Of a DNA stretch of 64,000 nt, positions 36,612 to 46,624 are shown one piece after another. Source of the stretch: Capsulimonadaceae bacterium (GTDB lineage Bacteria; Armatimonadota; Armatimonadia; Armatimonadales; Capsulimonadaceae); the NCBI GenBank assembly GCA_965215505.1, contig OZ244065.1, forward strand, positions 4,608,001-4,672,000. Direction: 5' to 3'. Position 1 is the first letter of the stretch; every line of letters starts with the position of its first letter. The translations under genes and the position numbers were made by a program. Below the pieces are notes generated by a model. The model saw only the letters and a program-made list of their open reading frames with translations, was not told the DNA's origin and did not search any database.

Positions 36612-36956
36612 ATGAGTGACACGACAGTGACAAAAGTAGATTCGGCCCACTCGCCGCGCGGCGAGATGGGGCAGAAGTACCTCGCCTCGGGCAAGAGCGT
36701 CGCCATGCGGCTGTGGGAGGAGACGCCGGTCGGGGACCCCAAGCCGATGACCGCGCGGGACTATGAGACGGTCGGCTACGTCATCGCAGGCCGCGCGGAG
36801 CTTCATCTGGAGGAAAGCCAGATGGTCGTTCTGGCCCCCGGCGATTCGTGGGTCGTGCCGCACGGTGCCTCGCACACCTACAAGATACTGGAGCCGTTCA
36901 GCGCCGTCGAGGCTACGCACCCGCCCGCGCAGGTGCATGGACGTGACGAGGGCTGA
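36612..36956 (+). CDS. Cupin domain protein
   Basis: GEMGQKYLASG..MRLWE..RDYETVGYVI.GRAEL..PGDSWVVP.GA.H.Y; alternative start at 36588. Confidence 0.88.
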   Translation: MSDTTVTKVDSAHSPRGEMGQKYLASGKSVAMRLWEETPVGDPKPMTARDYETVGYVIAGRAELHLEESQMVVLAPGDSWVVPHGASHTYKILEPFSAVEATHPPAQVHGRDEG

Positions 36957-36999
36957 AGCCCCTGTAAAAAGCTGAAGCCCTGTAGAAAGCAGCCAAGTC

Positions 37000-38337
37000 A
37001 TGCCGGGAGACTTCCTGGAGATCCTGAAAAGCCGTGGCGACGACGGTGGGAACGCGGGCGACGAGTTCGGCGGGGCGGCCTCGGGTTCGGGCGGCGGCCT
37101 GCCGACCGCGCTGCCAAACAATTTCTGGTTCGCAACCGGAATCGAGTGTTCCTACCCGACGATTGACGCCGGGAAGACGCGGCGGGACCTGCTGGCGGAG
37201 TGCGGCCACTACGAGAAGTGGCGTGAGGACCTGCATCTGGTCAAAGATTTAGGCCTGCGCTTCCTGCGCTACGGCCTGCCCTACCACAAAATTCACCTGG
37301 GACCGGGGCGCTATGACTGGGAGTTCGCCGACCTCGCGATGGCGGAGATGCATCGGCTGGGGATCGCGCCCATCCTGGACCTGCTGCACTTCGGCGTCCC
37401 GGACTGGCTGGGCGACTTCCAGAATCCGGAGCTGCCGGGCCACTTCGCCGATTACGCCGACGCCGTCTGCGCGCGCTACCCTTGGGTGCGCTTCTACACC
37501 CCCGTCAACGAGATCTACGTCACGGCCAAGGCCAGCGCCAAGCAGGGGATCTGGAACGAGCAGCTCAGGACCGACTCCGGCTTCATCACCGCCCTCAAGC
37601 ACCTGTGCGCGGCCTCCATCCTCGCGGGCCAGCGCATCGCCCGCCGCCGGCCCGACGTCATCATCGTGCAGAGCGAGTCGGCGGAATATATCCACCAGAT
37701 GAAGGCCGTCCCGGACCAGGAGGTCACGCTGAAGAACGACCTGCGTTTCCTGTCGCTGGACCTGCTGTACGCCGTCCGCCCCAACGCCGATGTCGGGCTG
37801 TACATGATGGACAACGGGCTGACGCGGGCGCAGTACGAGTGGTTCATGGCCGGCAAGCCGCCCGGCTATCAGGTCATGGGGAATGATTATTACGGGCGCA
37901 ATGAACACCTGCTGCTGCCGGACGGCAGGATGCTGGAGGCCGAGGACGTCATGGGCTGGTACGGGCTGACTCTGCTCTACTACCAGCGCTATTTCAAGCC
38001 CATCATGCACACCGAGACCAACGTCATGGACGCCGAGGCCGCCCCGACGTGGCTCTGGAAGCAGTTCCGCAACCTCCTGCGGATGCGCGGGGCCGGCATC
38101 CCCGTGCTGGGCTTCACCTGGTACAGCCTGATTGACCAGATGGACTGGGACATCGAGCTTGCCGAGAAGAAGGGCACGGTGAACCCCTGCGGCCTGTACG
38201 ACCTGGACCGCCGCCCGCGCCCCGTGGCGGGCGCGTACCGGCAGTTGTTAGAAGAGTTCGGCCAGATGGCCCTCGTGCCGCACGCCGAGCTGCTGGCCGT
38301 CAACGACGCCCCGGCCCGGCTCAAGACGGACGTCTGA
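37000..38337 (+). CDS. Family 1 glycoside hydrolase-like protein
   Basis: FATGIECS, GHYEKWREDL, YTPVNE (acid/base), HTETN (nucleophile), GFTWYSLIDQ.DW. Confidence 0.85.
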   Translation: MPGDFLEILKSRGDDGGNAGDEFGGAASGSGGGLPTALPNNFWFATGIECSYPTIDAGKTRRDLLAECGHYEKWREDLHLVKDLGLRFLRYGLPYHKIHLGPGRYDWEFADLAMAEMHRLGIAPILDLLHFGVPDWLGDFQNPELPGHFADYADAVCARYPWVRFYTPVNEIYVTAKASAKQGIWNEQLRTDSGFITALKHLCAASILAGQRIARRRPDVIIVQSESAEYIHQMKAVPDQEVTLKNDLRFLSLDLLYAVRPNADVGLYMMDNGLTRAQYEWFMAGKPPGYQVMGNDYYGRNEHLLLPDGRMLEAEDVMGWYGLTLLYYQRYFKPIMHTETNVMDAEAAPTWLWKQFRNLLRMRGAGIPVLGFTWYSLIDQMDWDIELAEKKGTVNPCGLYDLDRRPRPVAGAYRQLLEEFGQMALVPHAELLAVNDAPARLKTDV

Positions 38338-38373
38338 ATGACGCGATGGAACATGCAAGAGAAAGAGAACGAA

Positions 38374-39678
38374 ATGTCGGAAGAGACTCAAAATGACGAC
38401 CAAGTTTCGCGCCGCGCCTTCCTGAGAACGGCGGGGACGGGCCTTGTCGCCGCCGGCCTGCTCGGCGGGGCGGGGGCGAAGGCGATGGCCCAGGCACCCC
38501 CGGTGACGCCGCCCAATACGCCCGAAACTCGGCCCATCCCCCTGCCGCCCACCAGCGCCGCCACTGAGAGGCCGCCGGACCCGGCCCCGACGCCCCTGCC
38601 GCCCGGCCGGCGGCTCGGCGTCGCCGTGGTCGGCCTCGGGAATCTCGCCTTGGCCCAGATCATCCCCGCCTTCGGCGAAACCAAATACTGCAAGTTGACC
38701 GCCCTGGTCAGCGGAACGCCGGACAAGGCGGCCGAGGTCGCCGCCCAGCACGGCATTCCCGCCCGCAGCGTCTACTCGTATGCCAGTTATGACACAATCC
38801 GGGACAACCCGGATGTGGACATCATCTACATCGTCCTGCCAAACTCGATGCACGCCGAGTACACCGTGCGCGGCGCGCGGGCCGGCAAGCACATCCTCTG
38901 CGAGAAGCCGATGGCGACCTCCTCGGCGGAATGCAGGCAGATGATCGAGGCCTGCCGCACGGCGGGCAAAAAGCTGATGATCGCCTACCGAATCCAGTAC
39001 GAGCCGAACAACCGCCTGATGCGGCAGATGGTCCAAGCGCAGCAGTACGGCCCGGTCAAGGTGATTGAGGCCGTCAACGGGCAGAACCAGGGCGACCCGG
39101 ACCAGTGGCGTCAGAAGAAGGCCCTGGCCGGGGGCGGCGCGCTGCCGGATGTGGGCCTGTACTGCCTGAACACGACCCGGTTCCTGACCGGCGAGGAGCC
39201 GACCGAGGTGATCGCGACTACCTACAGCACGCCGGGCGACCCGCGCTTCAAGGAGGTCGAGGAGACAGTCACCTGGCAGATGCGCTTCCCCAGCGGCATC
39301 CAGTCCAACAACGTCACTTCCTACGGCTTCCACGAGGACCGCCGCTACCGCGTACACGCCGCGACCGGCTGGTTCGGCCTGGACCCGGCCTTTTCCTATA
39401 GCGGCCTGCGGCCCGAGCTGTCCTACACCCAGGGCAAGATCGAACACTGCGAGACGCCCCTCTTGGGCCAGAAGAACCAGTTCGCGCTGGAGATGGACCA
39501 CATGGCCCAGTGCGTTATGCAGGACAAAACGCCGTGGACGCCCGGCGAGGAGGGTTTGCAGGACCAGCGCATCATGGAGGCCATCTACGAGTCCGCCCGC
39601 ACCGGCAAGCCGGTGAGCCTGCCGCATATGGTCAAGCCGGATTACTTCCGTGGGTCGGAGCCGGCCAGCGAGGGGTAG
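38374..39678 (+). CDS. Tat-exported Gfo/Idh/MocA oxidoreductase (glucose-fructose oxidoreductase-like)
   Basis: SRRAFL Tat motif, Pro-rich arm, VVGLG, LCEKPMA, GGGALPDVGLY. Confidence 0.92.
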   Translation: MSEETQNDDQVSRRAFLRTAGTGLVAAGLLGGAGAKAMAQAPPVTPPNTPETRPIPLPPTSAATERPPDPAPTPLPPGRRLGVAVVGLGNLALAQIIPAFGETKYCKLTALVSGTPDKAAEVAAQHGIPARSVYSYASYDTIRDNPDVDIIYIVLPNSMHAEYTVRGARAGKHILCEKPMATSSAECRQMIEACRTAGKKLMIAYRIQYEPNNRLMRQMVQAQQYGPVKVIEAVNGQNQGDPDQWRQKKALAGGGALPDVGLYCLNTTRFLTGEEPTEVIATTYSTPGDPRFKEVEETVTWQMRFPSGIQSNNVTSYGFHEDRRYRVHAATGWFGLDPAFSYSGLRPELSYTQGKIEHCETPLLGQKNQFALEMDHMAQCVMQDKTPWTPGEEGLQDQRIMEAIYESARTGKPVSLPHMVKPDYFRGSEPASEG

Positions 39679-39715
39679 GCGGAGGGAAGAGGGAGGGCGG
39701 ACGGGACAGAAGGAA

Positions 39716-39890
39716 GGGCGAACACAAGGTTCGCGCCCTACGTTCATGTATCGGGCTGCCTTCCCCGTAGGGGCGAACCTTGTGTTCGCCCTTCTGCCCT
39801 CCGTCCGCCCTTCCGCCCTCCGTCCGCCCTTCCGCCCTCCGTCCGCCTTTCTGCCCTCCGTCCGCCCTTCCTTCTGTCCCGTCCGCCCTC
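39716..39890. repeat. Inverted REP doublet with adjacent CCGTCCGCCCT-type short repeats
   Basis: Reversed REP variant at 39716-39741, forward REP at 39767-39791, then degenerate short tandem repeats. Confidence 0.85.
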
Positions 39891-39891
39891 T

Positions 39892-40221
39892 TCAGCCGCC
39901 CGCCGACAGCCTCGGTAGATCCCCTACAGCGCACAACAGCCGGGGCTTGTCCGGGTCGCTCAGGTCCAGCTTGTCCCACGGCACACGGTGGCCCAGATCT
40001 TTGTCGGCCCCGAGCAGGCGGAACAGCGGGGCGGCGATGTGGAAGGCCGACAGGCGCGACAGCAGGGCAGTCGGCCCGATGTGGAACTCGGTGATGACCC
40101 ACTCGTCCCCCCGACGTTCCGCCTGCATCTCGTGGATGTGCCCGGCGTTTTTGCCGTCCTGTCCCAGCACCCTGCGGCCCAGCAGCAGCTCCAGGTTGAC
40201 CTCCGTCACGGCTTGCGTCAC
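39892..40221 (-). CDS. Hypothetical PRC-barrel-like protein
   Basis: LLGRRV...G..AG.I.E; VPWDKLD; GTGA-coupled to the upstream gene. Confidence 0.7.
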   Translation of the reverse strand: MTQAVTEVNLELLLGRRVLGQDGKNAGHIHEMQAERRGDEWVITEFHIGPTALLSRLSAFHIAAPLFRLLGADKDLGHRVPWDKLDLSDPDKPRLLCAVGDLPRLSAGG

Positions 40222-40598
40222 GGCTTGACTCCCGAGCCGGGGATGCGCCCGATGACGTGTCGGCGCAGCCACAGCTCCCAGTCCATCATCGGCGTCGCAT
40301 CCGCCTCGGCCCGCACCTGGACCGTGATGCCGACCTCCTCCACGTCCGCCCAGGCCACGCGGTACGGCCCGCTCGGGCGGACGCCGCGACGGTGACGCCA
40401 CGCGGTCAGCCGGTCGCCCAGGCGGCGCGAGAGGCGGCGGGCCAGGACGGGCGCACCCATCTCGACGAACGCCAGGCGCGGCGGCTGCCCCTCGCGGAGT
40501 TCCGCCGCCAGCCCGTCCACCTTTCCCATCTTGCTGCCCCAGCGGTCCACGACTTGGTTGTCCAGGACTTCGCGCACCAGCGCGAGTTTATTTTCCAC
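40218..40598 (-). CDS. Hypothetical PRC-barrel-like protein
   Basis: VLDNQVVDR.G..MGKVDG...RVAWADV...IGRIPGS; GGAGG RBS. Confidence 0.75.
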   Translation of the reverse strand: MENKLALVREVLDNQVVDRWGSKMGKVDGLAAELREGQPPRLAFVEMGAPVLARRLSRRLGDRLTAWRHRRGVRPSGPYRVAWADVEEVGITVQVRAEADATPMMDWELWLRRHVIGRIPGSGVKP

Positions 40599-40609
40599 CT
40601 TATTCCTCC

Positions 40610-41827
40610 TCAGCCCCCTCCGAGTATTTGCAGCGGGATCGCGACCATCGCCAGGATGCAGGCCAGAACCAATGTCAGGAGCAGGACCGTGTTGCTTATC
40701 CAGCCGTTGCGGTGCTTGCCAACGTACTGCGGGTCGTTCATCAGCAGCAGGAACGGCCCGATGACGACCGGCAGAAGCAGCGTGGTCAGGGCCAGCGTGT
40801 AGATCGTGAGCTGCAAGGGGTCAATGCCCGTGGTCATCATCAGCCCGGCGAACAGCAGGTACAGCGTGTAGACCAGGCTGAACCGGGCATTCTCGCGCGG
40901 TGGTGCGCTGACACCCCAGCGCCAGCCGAACGCCTGCGCGACGGTGTAGGAAACCTCAGAGCTGACCTCCAAAGCCGCACCGAAGCAGGCGACGCCCAAG
41001 GCTGCCGCGAAGGCGGGGACGCCCCAGCGGCCAAGAACCGGGGTCAGCATCGCCGCCGCCTGCGGGTAGTGGTCCACTTTAACGTGCTGGGGGTTCAGGA
41101 CTAGCGCGGCGACGACCAGCACACCCACCGAGATAACACTGCCGAACCCCATGCCCAGGGTCGCCGTCACTCTGTTCGAGCCGATGTAGCTCTCGTCCCA
41201 TTGCTCCTCCACCGCGCCCGAAGAGTAGAAGTAGAGCAAGTAGGGGCTGATGATCGCGCCGACGATGCCGACGACGATGAACAAATAGTGATACGGCTTC
41301 TCGTGGGGGAGAGTGGGCAGCAGGCAGCGCCCGACCTCGCCCCAATGCGGGTGCAGGTGCAGGGCGGCGTAGACGAAGACCAGTGTCACCAGGCCCAGCA
41401 GGGACACGCCGTTCTCGATCAGGCCGAAGGTCCCCTTCCAGAGCAGCAGCCAGACGCAGAAGGCGACCGGCATGGCCCAGACGGCGGCCCTGATCCCGGT
41501 CACGAGTTGGAGGGCGATGCTGACGCCGCCGATCTCGGCGGCCAGCGTCAGGAAGTCCACGATCAGCTCGGCGGCCAGCGGCCAGACGTAGAACCGGAAG
41601 CCCAGCTTGGCGCGCATGGCGTCCACGATGGTGTGTCGGCTGACGGCGGCCAGTCGGCCCGCCATCTCCACCAGGAAGATCACGCAGAGGGTTCCCAGTG
41701 CCACCGCCCAAAGCAGCCGGAAACGGTACTCGGCCCCGGCCTGCGCCGAGGTCGCGATGGCCCCGACATCCAGGAAGCCGCCGATGCTGGTCAATACCCC
41801 CAGCGTGATTTGCAGAAGCCGTTTCAT
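40610..41827 (-). CDS. NRAMP-family divalent metal transporter
   Basis: GGFLDVGAIAT..QAGA.Y, EMAGRL, GAIISPY; about 11 TM helices. Confidence 0.88.
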   Translation of the reverse strand: MKRLLQITLGVLTSIGGFLDVGAIATSAQAGAEYRFRLLWAVALGTLCVIFLVEMAGRLAAVSRHTIVDAMRAKLGFRFYVWPLAAELIVDFLTLAAEIGGVSIALQLVTGIRAAVWAMPVAFCVWLLLWKGTFGLIENGVSLLGLVTLVFVYAALHLHPHWGEVGRCLLPTLPHEKPYHYLFIVVGIVGAIISPYLLYFYSSGAVEEQWDESYIGSNRVTATLGMGFGSVISVGVLVVAALVLNPQHVKVDHYPQAAAMLTPVLGRWGVPAFAAALGVACFGAALEVSSEVSYTVAQAFGWRWGVSAPPRENARFSLVYTLYLLFAGLMMTTGIDPLQLTIYTLALTTLLLPVVIGPFLLLMNDPQYVGKHRNGWISNTVLLLTLVLACILAMVAIPLQILGGG

Positions 41828-41906
41828 AGAAGGAGTGCAGACGACAAGCGGCGGCTGAGAGCCTTTGGCCCTCAGCCGCCGTAGGGATCGGCGCGTACAG
41901 TCACGT

Positions 41907-42506
41907 CTAGTGGACGGCTTCCGAGTCCTGGGCGATCTCGAAGAGGAACCAGGTGCGCCGCTCGGCGTCGTCCAGCAGTGACTCCAGCAGATCGCTCGTG
42001 GCGAGGTCCTTGTTGTCGTCGGCGACCTCAGCAGCCGCGCGGATCTGCTGGGCGACGTGGCGGTTGTCCAGCAAAAGCCGCCGGACCATTTCCTGCGGGG
42101 CGACAAACTCGTCGTTGTCATCATGTAGGGTCTGGAGCTTGCCCGCGTGAGACAGTGAGCGGATGGAGGTGCCGCCGATCTTGCGGATGCGCTCCACCAT
42201 CGGGTCGATCCCCTCCAGTATCTGCGCTGCATGCTCATCGAACAACAGGTGCAGGTCACGGAAGCGCGGGCCGGACAGATGCCAGTGGAAATTCTTGGTC
42301 TTGGCGTACAGCGCGAGGGAGTCGGCGATGAGCGGGTTGACTGCATCGGTGACGGCCTTGGCCTGCTCCGGCGTCAGGTCCGTCGGGGTGGAAAGCTGGG
42401 GCGCGGCGGGGTAGGTCTTCGGGAAGCCCTCCGACCGGCTCTGGGCCGGGCTGCCGTCTGCGGTGACGCCGTTGCCCTTGCTGGGCTTGGGTGCTGTCAT
42501 TGTCAT
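41907..42506 (-). CDS. dps: Dps DNA-protection ferritin-like protein
   Basis: KTKNFHWH..GP.FRDLHLLFDE, ERIRKIGG, ERRTWFL. Confidence 0.93.
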   Translation of the reverse strand: MTMTAPKPSKGNGVTADGSPAQSRSEGFPKTYPAAPQLSTPTDLTPEQAKAVTDAVNPLIADSLALYAKTKNFHWHLSGPRFRDLHLLFDEHAAQILEGIDPMVERIRKIGGTSIRSLSHAGKLQTLHDDNDEFVAPQEMVRRLLLDNRHVAQQIRAAAEVADDNKDLATSDLLESLLDDAERRTWFLFEIAQDSEAVH

Positions 42507-42578
42507 CGGTTCAATGCCTTTCCGTGATAAACCCATGTGCCGGACGTGCTGCCGCCCGGCGTTTGGCTCAACCGGGGT

Positions 42579-42605
42579 TTACCCGACGTGGCGCACAAGA
42601 CAAAC
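42579..42605 (-). promoter_or_regulatory. SigB/SigF-like promoter of the dps operon
   Basis: Minus strand GTTTGT-N15-GGGTAA. Confidence 0.6.
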
Positions 42606-42690
42606 ACACGCATCATCGTCTTGTCATACATATTTAACTAGTTAAAGCAATACGTTAGCAGTTAAGCGCATCAGTTAATCGTCGGCTGAT

Positions 42691-42716
42691 GTTTAGCATC
42701 TTGTACGACAAGGTAA
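42691..42716 (+). promoter_or_regulatory. SigB/SigF-like promoter of the dehydrogenase operon
   Basis: GTTTAG-N14-AGGTAA. Confidence 0.6.
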
Positions 42717-42762
42717 CACTGAGGCGGATAAACGGCCCCGTAAAGCTACGAGGAGACAAGAA

Positions 42763-42879
42763 ATGGCAGACGACGAGACGACGGAAGAAGAGCAGGAAGA
42801 CACCGACCAGGAGACGAACGACCACAGCCCCGAGGCGGCTCAGGTGGGCACATCGGACGGCGACGGTGAGAGCAGCTAA
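42763..42879 (+). CDS. 38-aa highly acidic small protein
   Basis: GAGGAG RBS; MADDETTEEEQEDTDQETNDHSPEAAQVGTSDGDGESS; stop abuts the next RBS. Confidence 0.6.
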   Translation: MADDETTEEEQEDTDQETNDHSPEAAQVGTSDGDGESS

Positions 42880-42892
42880 GAAGGAAGACCAC

Positions 42893-44119
42893 ATGAAAGC
42901 AGTTGTCTGGCACGGCATCGGCGACATCCGCCTGGATGAAGTGCCCAAACCCACGATTAAAGACCCCTCGGACGCCATCATCCGGCTGACAGCCAGCGCG
43001 ATCTGCGGGACCGACCTGCATTTCATCCGCGGCACGTTCGCCGGCATGAAGCCCGGCACGATTTTGGGCCACGAGGGCGTCGGCGTGGTGGAGGAGGTGG
43101 GCAAAGACGTCCGCAACTTCAATATCGGCGACCGGGTCGTCATCGGCTCCACACTGGCCTGCGGGACTTGCCCCTTCTGCCGCAAGGGCGATTATTCTCA
43201 GTGCGACAAGGCCAACCCGAACGGTCCTGCGGCGGGCACGGCCTTCTTCGGCGGCCCGGTCCCGGCAGGCGGCTTTGACGGCTTGCAGGCGGAGTACGCC
43301 CGCGTTCCGTTCGCCCACACCACCCTGGTCAAGCTGCCCGACGAGGTGAGCGACGCCCAGGCGATCCTGATCTCGGACATCTTCCCCACCGCCTATTTCG
43401 GCGCGGACATCGCCGACATCAAGCCGGGCCACACCGTCGCCGTGTTCGGCTGCGGGCCGGTCGGCCAGTTCGTCATCGCCAGCGCCAAGCTGATGGGCGC
43501 GGGCCGCGTCTTCGCCGTGGACGCCGTGCCGTCCCGCCTGGACATGGCGCGGGCGCAGGGGGCCGAGGTCGTCAACTTCAACGAGGAGCATCCCGTCGAA
43601 ACCCTGATGCGGCTGACCGATGGGGCGGGCGTAGACTGTATCATTGACGCGGTCGGCGTGGACTCCTATCACGCCCATCAAGGCCCCGCCGCCAAGCTGG
43701 AGAAGGCGCAGGAGGGGCAGTTCAAGCAGGAGATGGAGCAGAACAACCCGGCGGGCTACAACCCGCAGGGCAGCGACTGGATTCCCGGCGACGCCCCCTC
43801 GCAGGCTTTGCAGTGGGAGGTCGAGTCGGTGGCAAAGGCCGGTACTATCTCGATCATCGGCGTCTACCCGCTGACCATGAACTCGTTCCCCATCGGCGCG
43901 GCCATGAACAAGAACTTGACCCTGCGGATGGGCAACTGCCCGCACCGCAAGTACATCCCGCTCCTCGTGGACCTGGTCCGCAGCGGCGTCATTGACCCGA
44001 CTATGATCCTGACCCAGCAGGAGCCGATGGCCTCGGCGATTGACGCCTACAAGTCGTTCGACGAGCGCAAGCCGGGCTGGATCAAGGTCGAGCTGGAGCC
44101 GCAGGCGATGGCGGCCTAG
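42893..44119 (+). CDS. Zinc-dependent alcohol/formaldehyde dehydrogenase-like MDR
   Basis: AICGTDLH, GHEGVG, CGTCPFC..C, SDIFPT, GCGPVG. Confidence 0.92.
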   Translation: MKAVVWHGIGDIRLDEVPKPTIKDPSDAIIRLTASAICGTDLHFIRGTFAGMKPGTILGHEGVGVVEEVGKDVRNFNIGDRVVIGSTLACGTCPFCRKGDYSQCDKANPNGPAAGTAFFGGPVPAGGFDGLQAEYARVPFAHTTLVKLPDEVSDAQAILISDIFPTAYFGADIADIKPGHTVAVFGCGPVGQFVIASAKLMGAGRVFAVDAVPSRLDMARAQGAEVVNFNEEHPVETLMRLTDGAGVDCIIDAVGVDSYHAHQGPAAKLEKAQEGQFKQEMEQNNPAGYNPQGSDWIPGDAPSQALQWEVESVAKAGTISIIGVYPLTMNSFPIGAAMNKNLTLRMGNCPHRKYIPLLVDLVRSGVIDPTMILTQQEPMASAIDAYKSFDERKPGWIKVELEPQAMAA

Positions 44120-44193
44120 ACTTGCACCCGGCGGGGGCCGTAGCCTGTCGCGGCCCCCGCACCCATCATGAAAAGGCGGCAGAAGGAAAACCT

Positions 44194-45078
44194 TTGAAAC
44201 TGACTTCCTCATCCGCCTGGCGGACCCTGGCGGCTGCCGCCGGACTCGCCCTGCCCCTCGCCGCGCACGCGCAGGGTCCGCAGTCCGGCTCCGTCAAGTC
44301 CGGCGGCGCGACTATCGCCTACCGCGTCCAGGGCCACGGCCCGGCCATGATGCTGATTCACGGCTACCCGCTGTCGGGTGAGCTGTTCGCCAAGAACCGG
44401 GCCGTTTTGTCGCACCGCTACACGGTCGTCACCCCAGACCTTCGCGGCTTCGGCAGCAGCACCACGCCGGACACCAAGGGCGGCGTCGAGCTGTATGCCA
44501 AGGACATGCTGGCCGTCATGGACCACCTGCACGTCAAGAAGGCGATCATCGGCGGCATGTCCATGGGTGGCCCCGTCGTCCTGGAGATGTACCGTGAGGC
44601 CCCGCAGCGGTTCCGCGGCATGATCCTGATCGACTCGGTCGCCGCGCCGGCCTCCCCGCCCGAGAAGGGGCAGTGGCCCGGCTTCGGCCAGCTCGCCGCC
44701 CAGAAGGGGACGGCGGCCATGATTCCCATCCTCATGCCGCAGATGCTGACCACGAAGACGCGCATGGCCGACCCCGCCCTGGTGACGTTCATCGGCGGCA
44801 TCGTCAAGAAAGGGTCCACGAAAGCCGCCGTGGGTGGCGGCGAGACCCTCGCCACCCGGCCCGACTCGCAGCCCACGCTGGCCCACATCAAGGTGCCGGT
44901 CCTGCTCCTGGTGGGCATGGATGACCCGATCTACGCCGTCGAGATGCAGAAGATGATGCAGAAGCTGGCCTACGGCTCCCGCATGGCGATCATCCCCGGC
45001 GCGGCCCATGCCGCCATCATCGAGAAGCCTGCCGCCTGTGACCGGGCAATCGAGAGCTTCGCCGCGAGCATCCGCTGA
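44194..45078 (+). CDS. Exported alpha/beta hydrolase
   Basis: Signal peptide ending AHA; HGYP, PDLRGFG, GMSMGG, D, GAAH. Confidence 0.88.
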   Translation: MKLTSSSAWRTLAAAAGLALPLAAHAQGPQSGSVKSGGATIAYRVQGHGPAMMLIHGYPLSGELFAKNRAVLSHRYTVVTPDLRGFGSSTTPDTKGGVELYAKDMLAVMDHLHVKKAIIGGMSMGGPVVLEMYREAPQRFRGMILIDSVAAPASPPEKGQWPGFGQLAAQKGTAAMIPILMPQMLTTKTRMADPALVTFIGGIVKKGSTKAAVGGGETLATRPDSQPTLAHIKVPVLLLVGMDDPIYAVEMQKMMQKLAYGSRMAIIPGAAHAAIIEKPAACDRAIESFAASIR

Positions 45079-45139
45079 CCTCCGACATCCGGGCGGGCGC
45101 AGAGCGCCCGCCCCCTCGTGCCGTGAAAGAACCAACACA

Positions 45140-45442
45140 ATGCCACTCACCGTGATCGCCAAGTTCCAGGCCAAGCCTGGTTCGGAAGATGAAGTCCGGC
45201 ACGCCCTCTTGGGCATGACCGCGCCCTCCCGCGCCGAAGAGGGCTGCCTGAACTACGACATTTATCAGTCCAATGACGACCCGACAATTCTCTTCACCTA
45301 TGAGAACTGGACCGGCAAGCCCGCCCTGGATGAACACATGGAGACGCCGCACTTCAAGAACCTCGGCGAGATTCTTAAGCCGCTCCTGGCCTCCCCGATG
45401 GTGATCGACCTCCTGACCATGCGGAGCGCCCCGGCGGCTTAG
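45140..45442 (+). CDS. ABM-family putative quinol monooxygenase
   Basis: SRAEEGCLNYD...YENW...LDEHM.TPHF. Confidence 0.88.
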   Translation: MPLTVIAKFQAKPGSEDEVRHALLGMTAPSRAEEGCLNYDIYQSNDDPTILFTYENWTGKPALDEHMETPHFKNLGEILKPLLASPMVIDLLTMRSAPAA

Positions 45443-45469
45443 TCGCCTGAAACCTATCGGAGTAGAAAC

Positions 45470-46597
45470 GTGCTATCGCTGAAACTATCATCCACCCTCG
45501 CCCTGCTGGCGCTCACCGCCCTCCCCGCCTGCGCGCAGCGCGTGGAGCAGGTCGCGACTTTTAATGGGCCGATGCTTACCGGCGTCACCACCTCCAAGTC
45601 GGGCCGCATCTTCGTGAACTACCCGCATTGGGGCGATCAGGTGCCCTTCACGGTGGCCGAGATCAAGAACGGCAAGGCGGTCGCCTACCCGAACGCTAAG
45701 ATCAACCGGATCAACAAGGCCGACCCCGGTGCCTGCCTGTACTCGGTGCAGAGCGTCGTCGTGGACCCCAAGGACCGCCTGTGGGCTTTGGACACGGGCA
45801 GCGTCAAGCTCGGCCCGAATGTCGCCAAAGGGCCTAAGATGGTCTGCATCGACCTGAAGACCAACACCGTGACGCGGACGATCTTCTTCCCGCGCTCGGT
45901 CGTCCCGCCCGCCACCTACCTCAACGACGTGCGCTTTGATCTGCGGCGCGGCAAGGCGGGCATGGCCTACATCACCGACTCGGGCGCGAAGGCCCCGAAC
46001 GGCATCATCATCGTGGACCTCGCGACCGGCGACAGCTTCCGGCGGCTCGGCGGGCATCCTTCCGTTAAGGCCGACCTCAGCCTGACGATGCACCCGGAAG
46101 GGCAGCCCCTGTTCGAGCGCAAGCACGGCCTGTCCCCGCAGAAGCCCAAGCTCGGCTCGGACGGCATCGCCCTCAGCGCGGACGGCAAGACGCTCTACTA
46201 CTGCCCGCTTATCAGCCGCAAGCTCTACAGCGTGGACGTTGACACCATGCTGGACCGGACCAAGAGCGAGGCCGACGTGGACGCCACGGTTAAGGACCTG
46301 GGCGTCAAGGGTGCCTCGGATGGCCTGGAAATGGACGCCAAAGGACGCCTATACGCGACCGACTACGAGAACGCCCGCGTCCTGGTCGGCCCGCCCGGCG
46401 GCCCGTACAAGACGCTGGCACAGGTGCCACGCATCTACTGGATGGATACGATGTCGGTGGGGGACGATGGGTATCTCTACTTCACCGCCAACGAACTGCA
46501 CCGGCAGCCCTCCTACCACAACGGCAAGGACCTGCGGGTCAAGCCCTACCGCCTGTACCGGGTGAAGGTGGGCGCGAAGCCGGTTTCGCTGAAATAA
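45470..46597 (+). CDS. Major royal jelly / yellow family secreted beta-propeller
   Basis: GRIFVNYP.W, SVQSV, LWALDTG, YLNDVRFD, AYITDS, GSDGIALS. Confidence 0.9.
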   Translation: MLSLKLSSTLALLALTALPACAQRVEQVATFNGPMLTGVTTSKSGRIFVNYPHWGDQVPFTVAEIKNGKAVAYPNAKINRINKADPGACLYSVQSVVVDPKDRLWALDTGSVKLGPNVAKGPKMVCIDLKTNTVTRTIFFPRSVVPPATYLNDVRFDLRRGKAGMAYITDSGAKAPNGIIIVDLATGDSFRRLGGHPSVKADLSLTMHPEGQPLFERKHGLSPQKPKLGSDGIALSADGKTLYYCPLISRKLYSVDVDTMLDRTKSEADVDATVKDLGVKGASDGLEMDAKGRLYATDYENARVLVGPPGGPYKTLAQVPRIYWMDTMSVGDDGYLYFTANELHRQPSYHNGKDLRVKPYRLYRVKVGAKPVSLK

Positions 46598-46624
46598 CCT
46601 AACATTCGGGAGAAGAAAACCATC

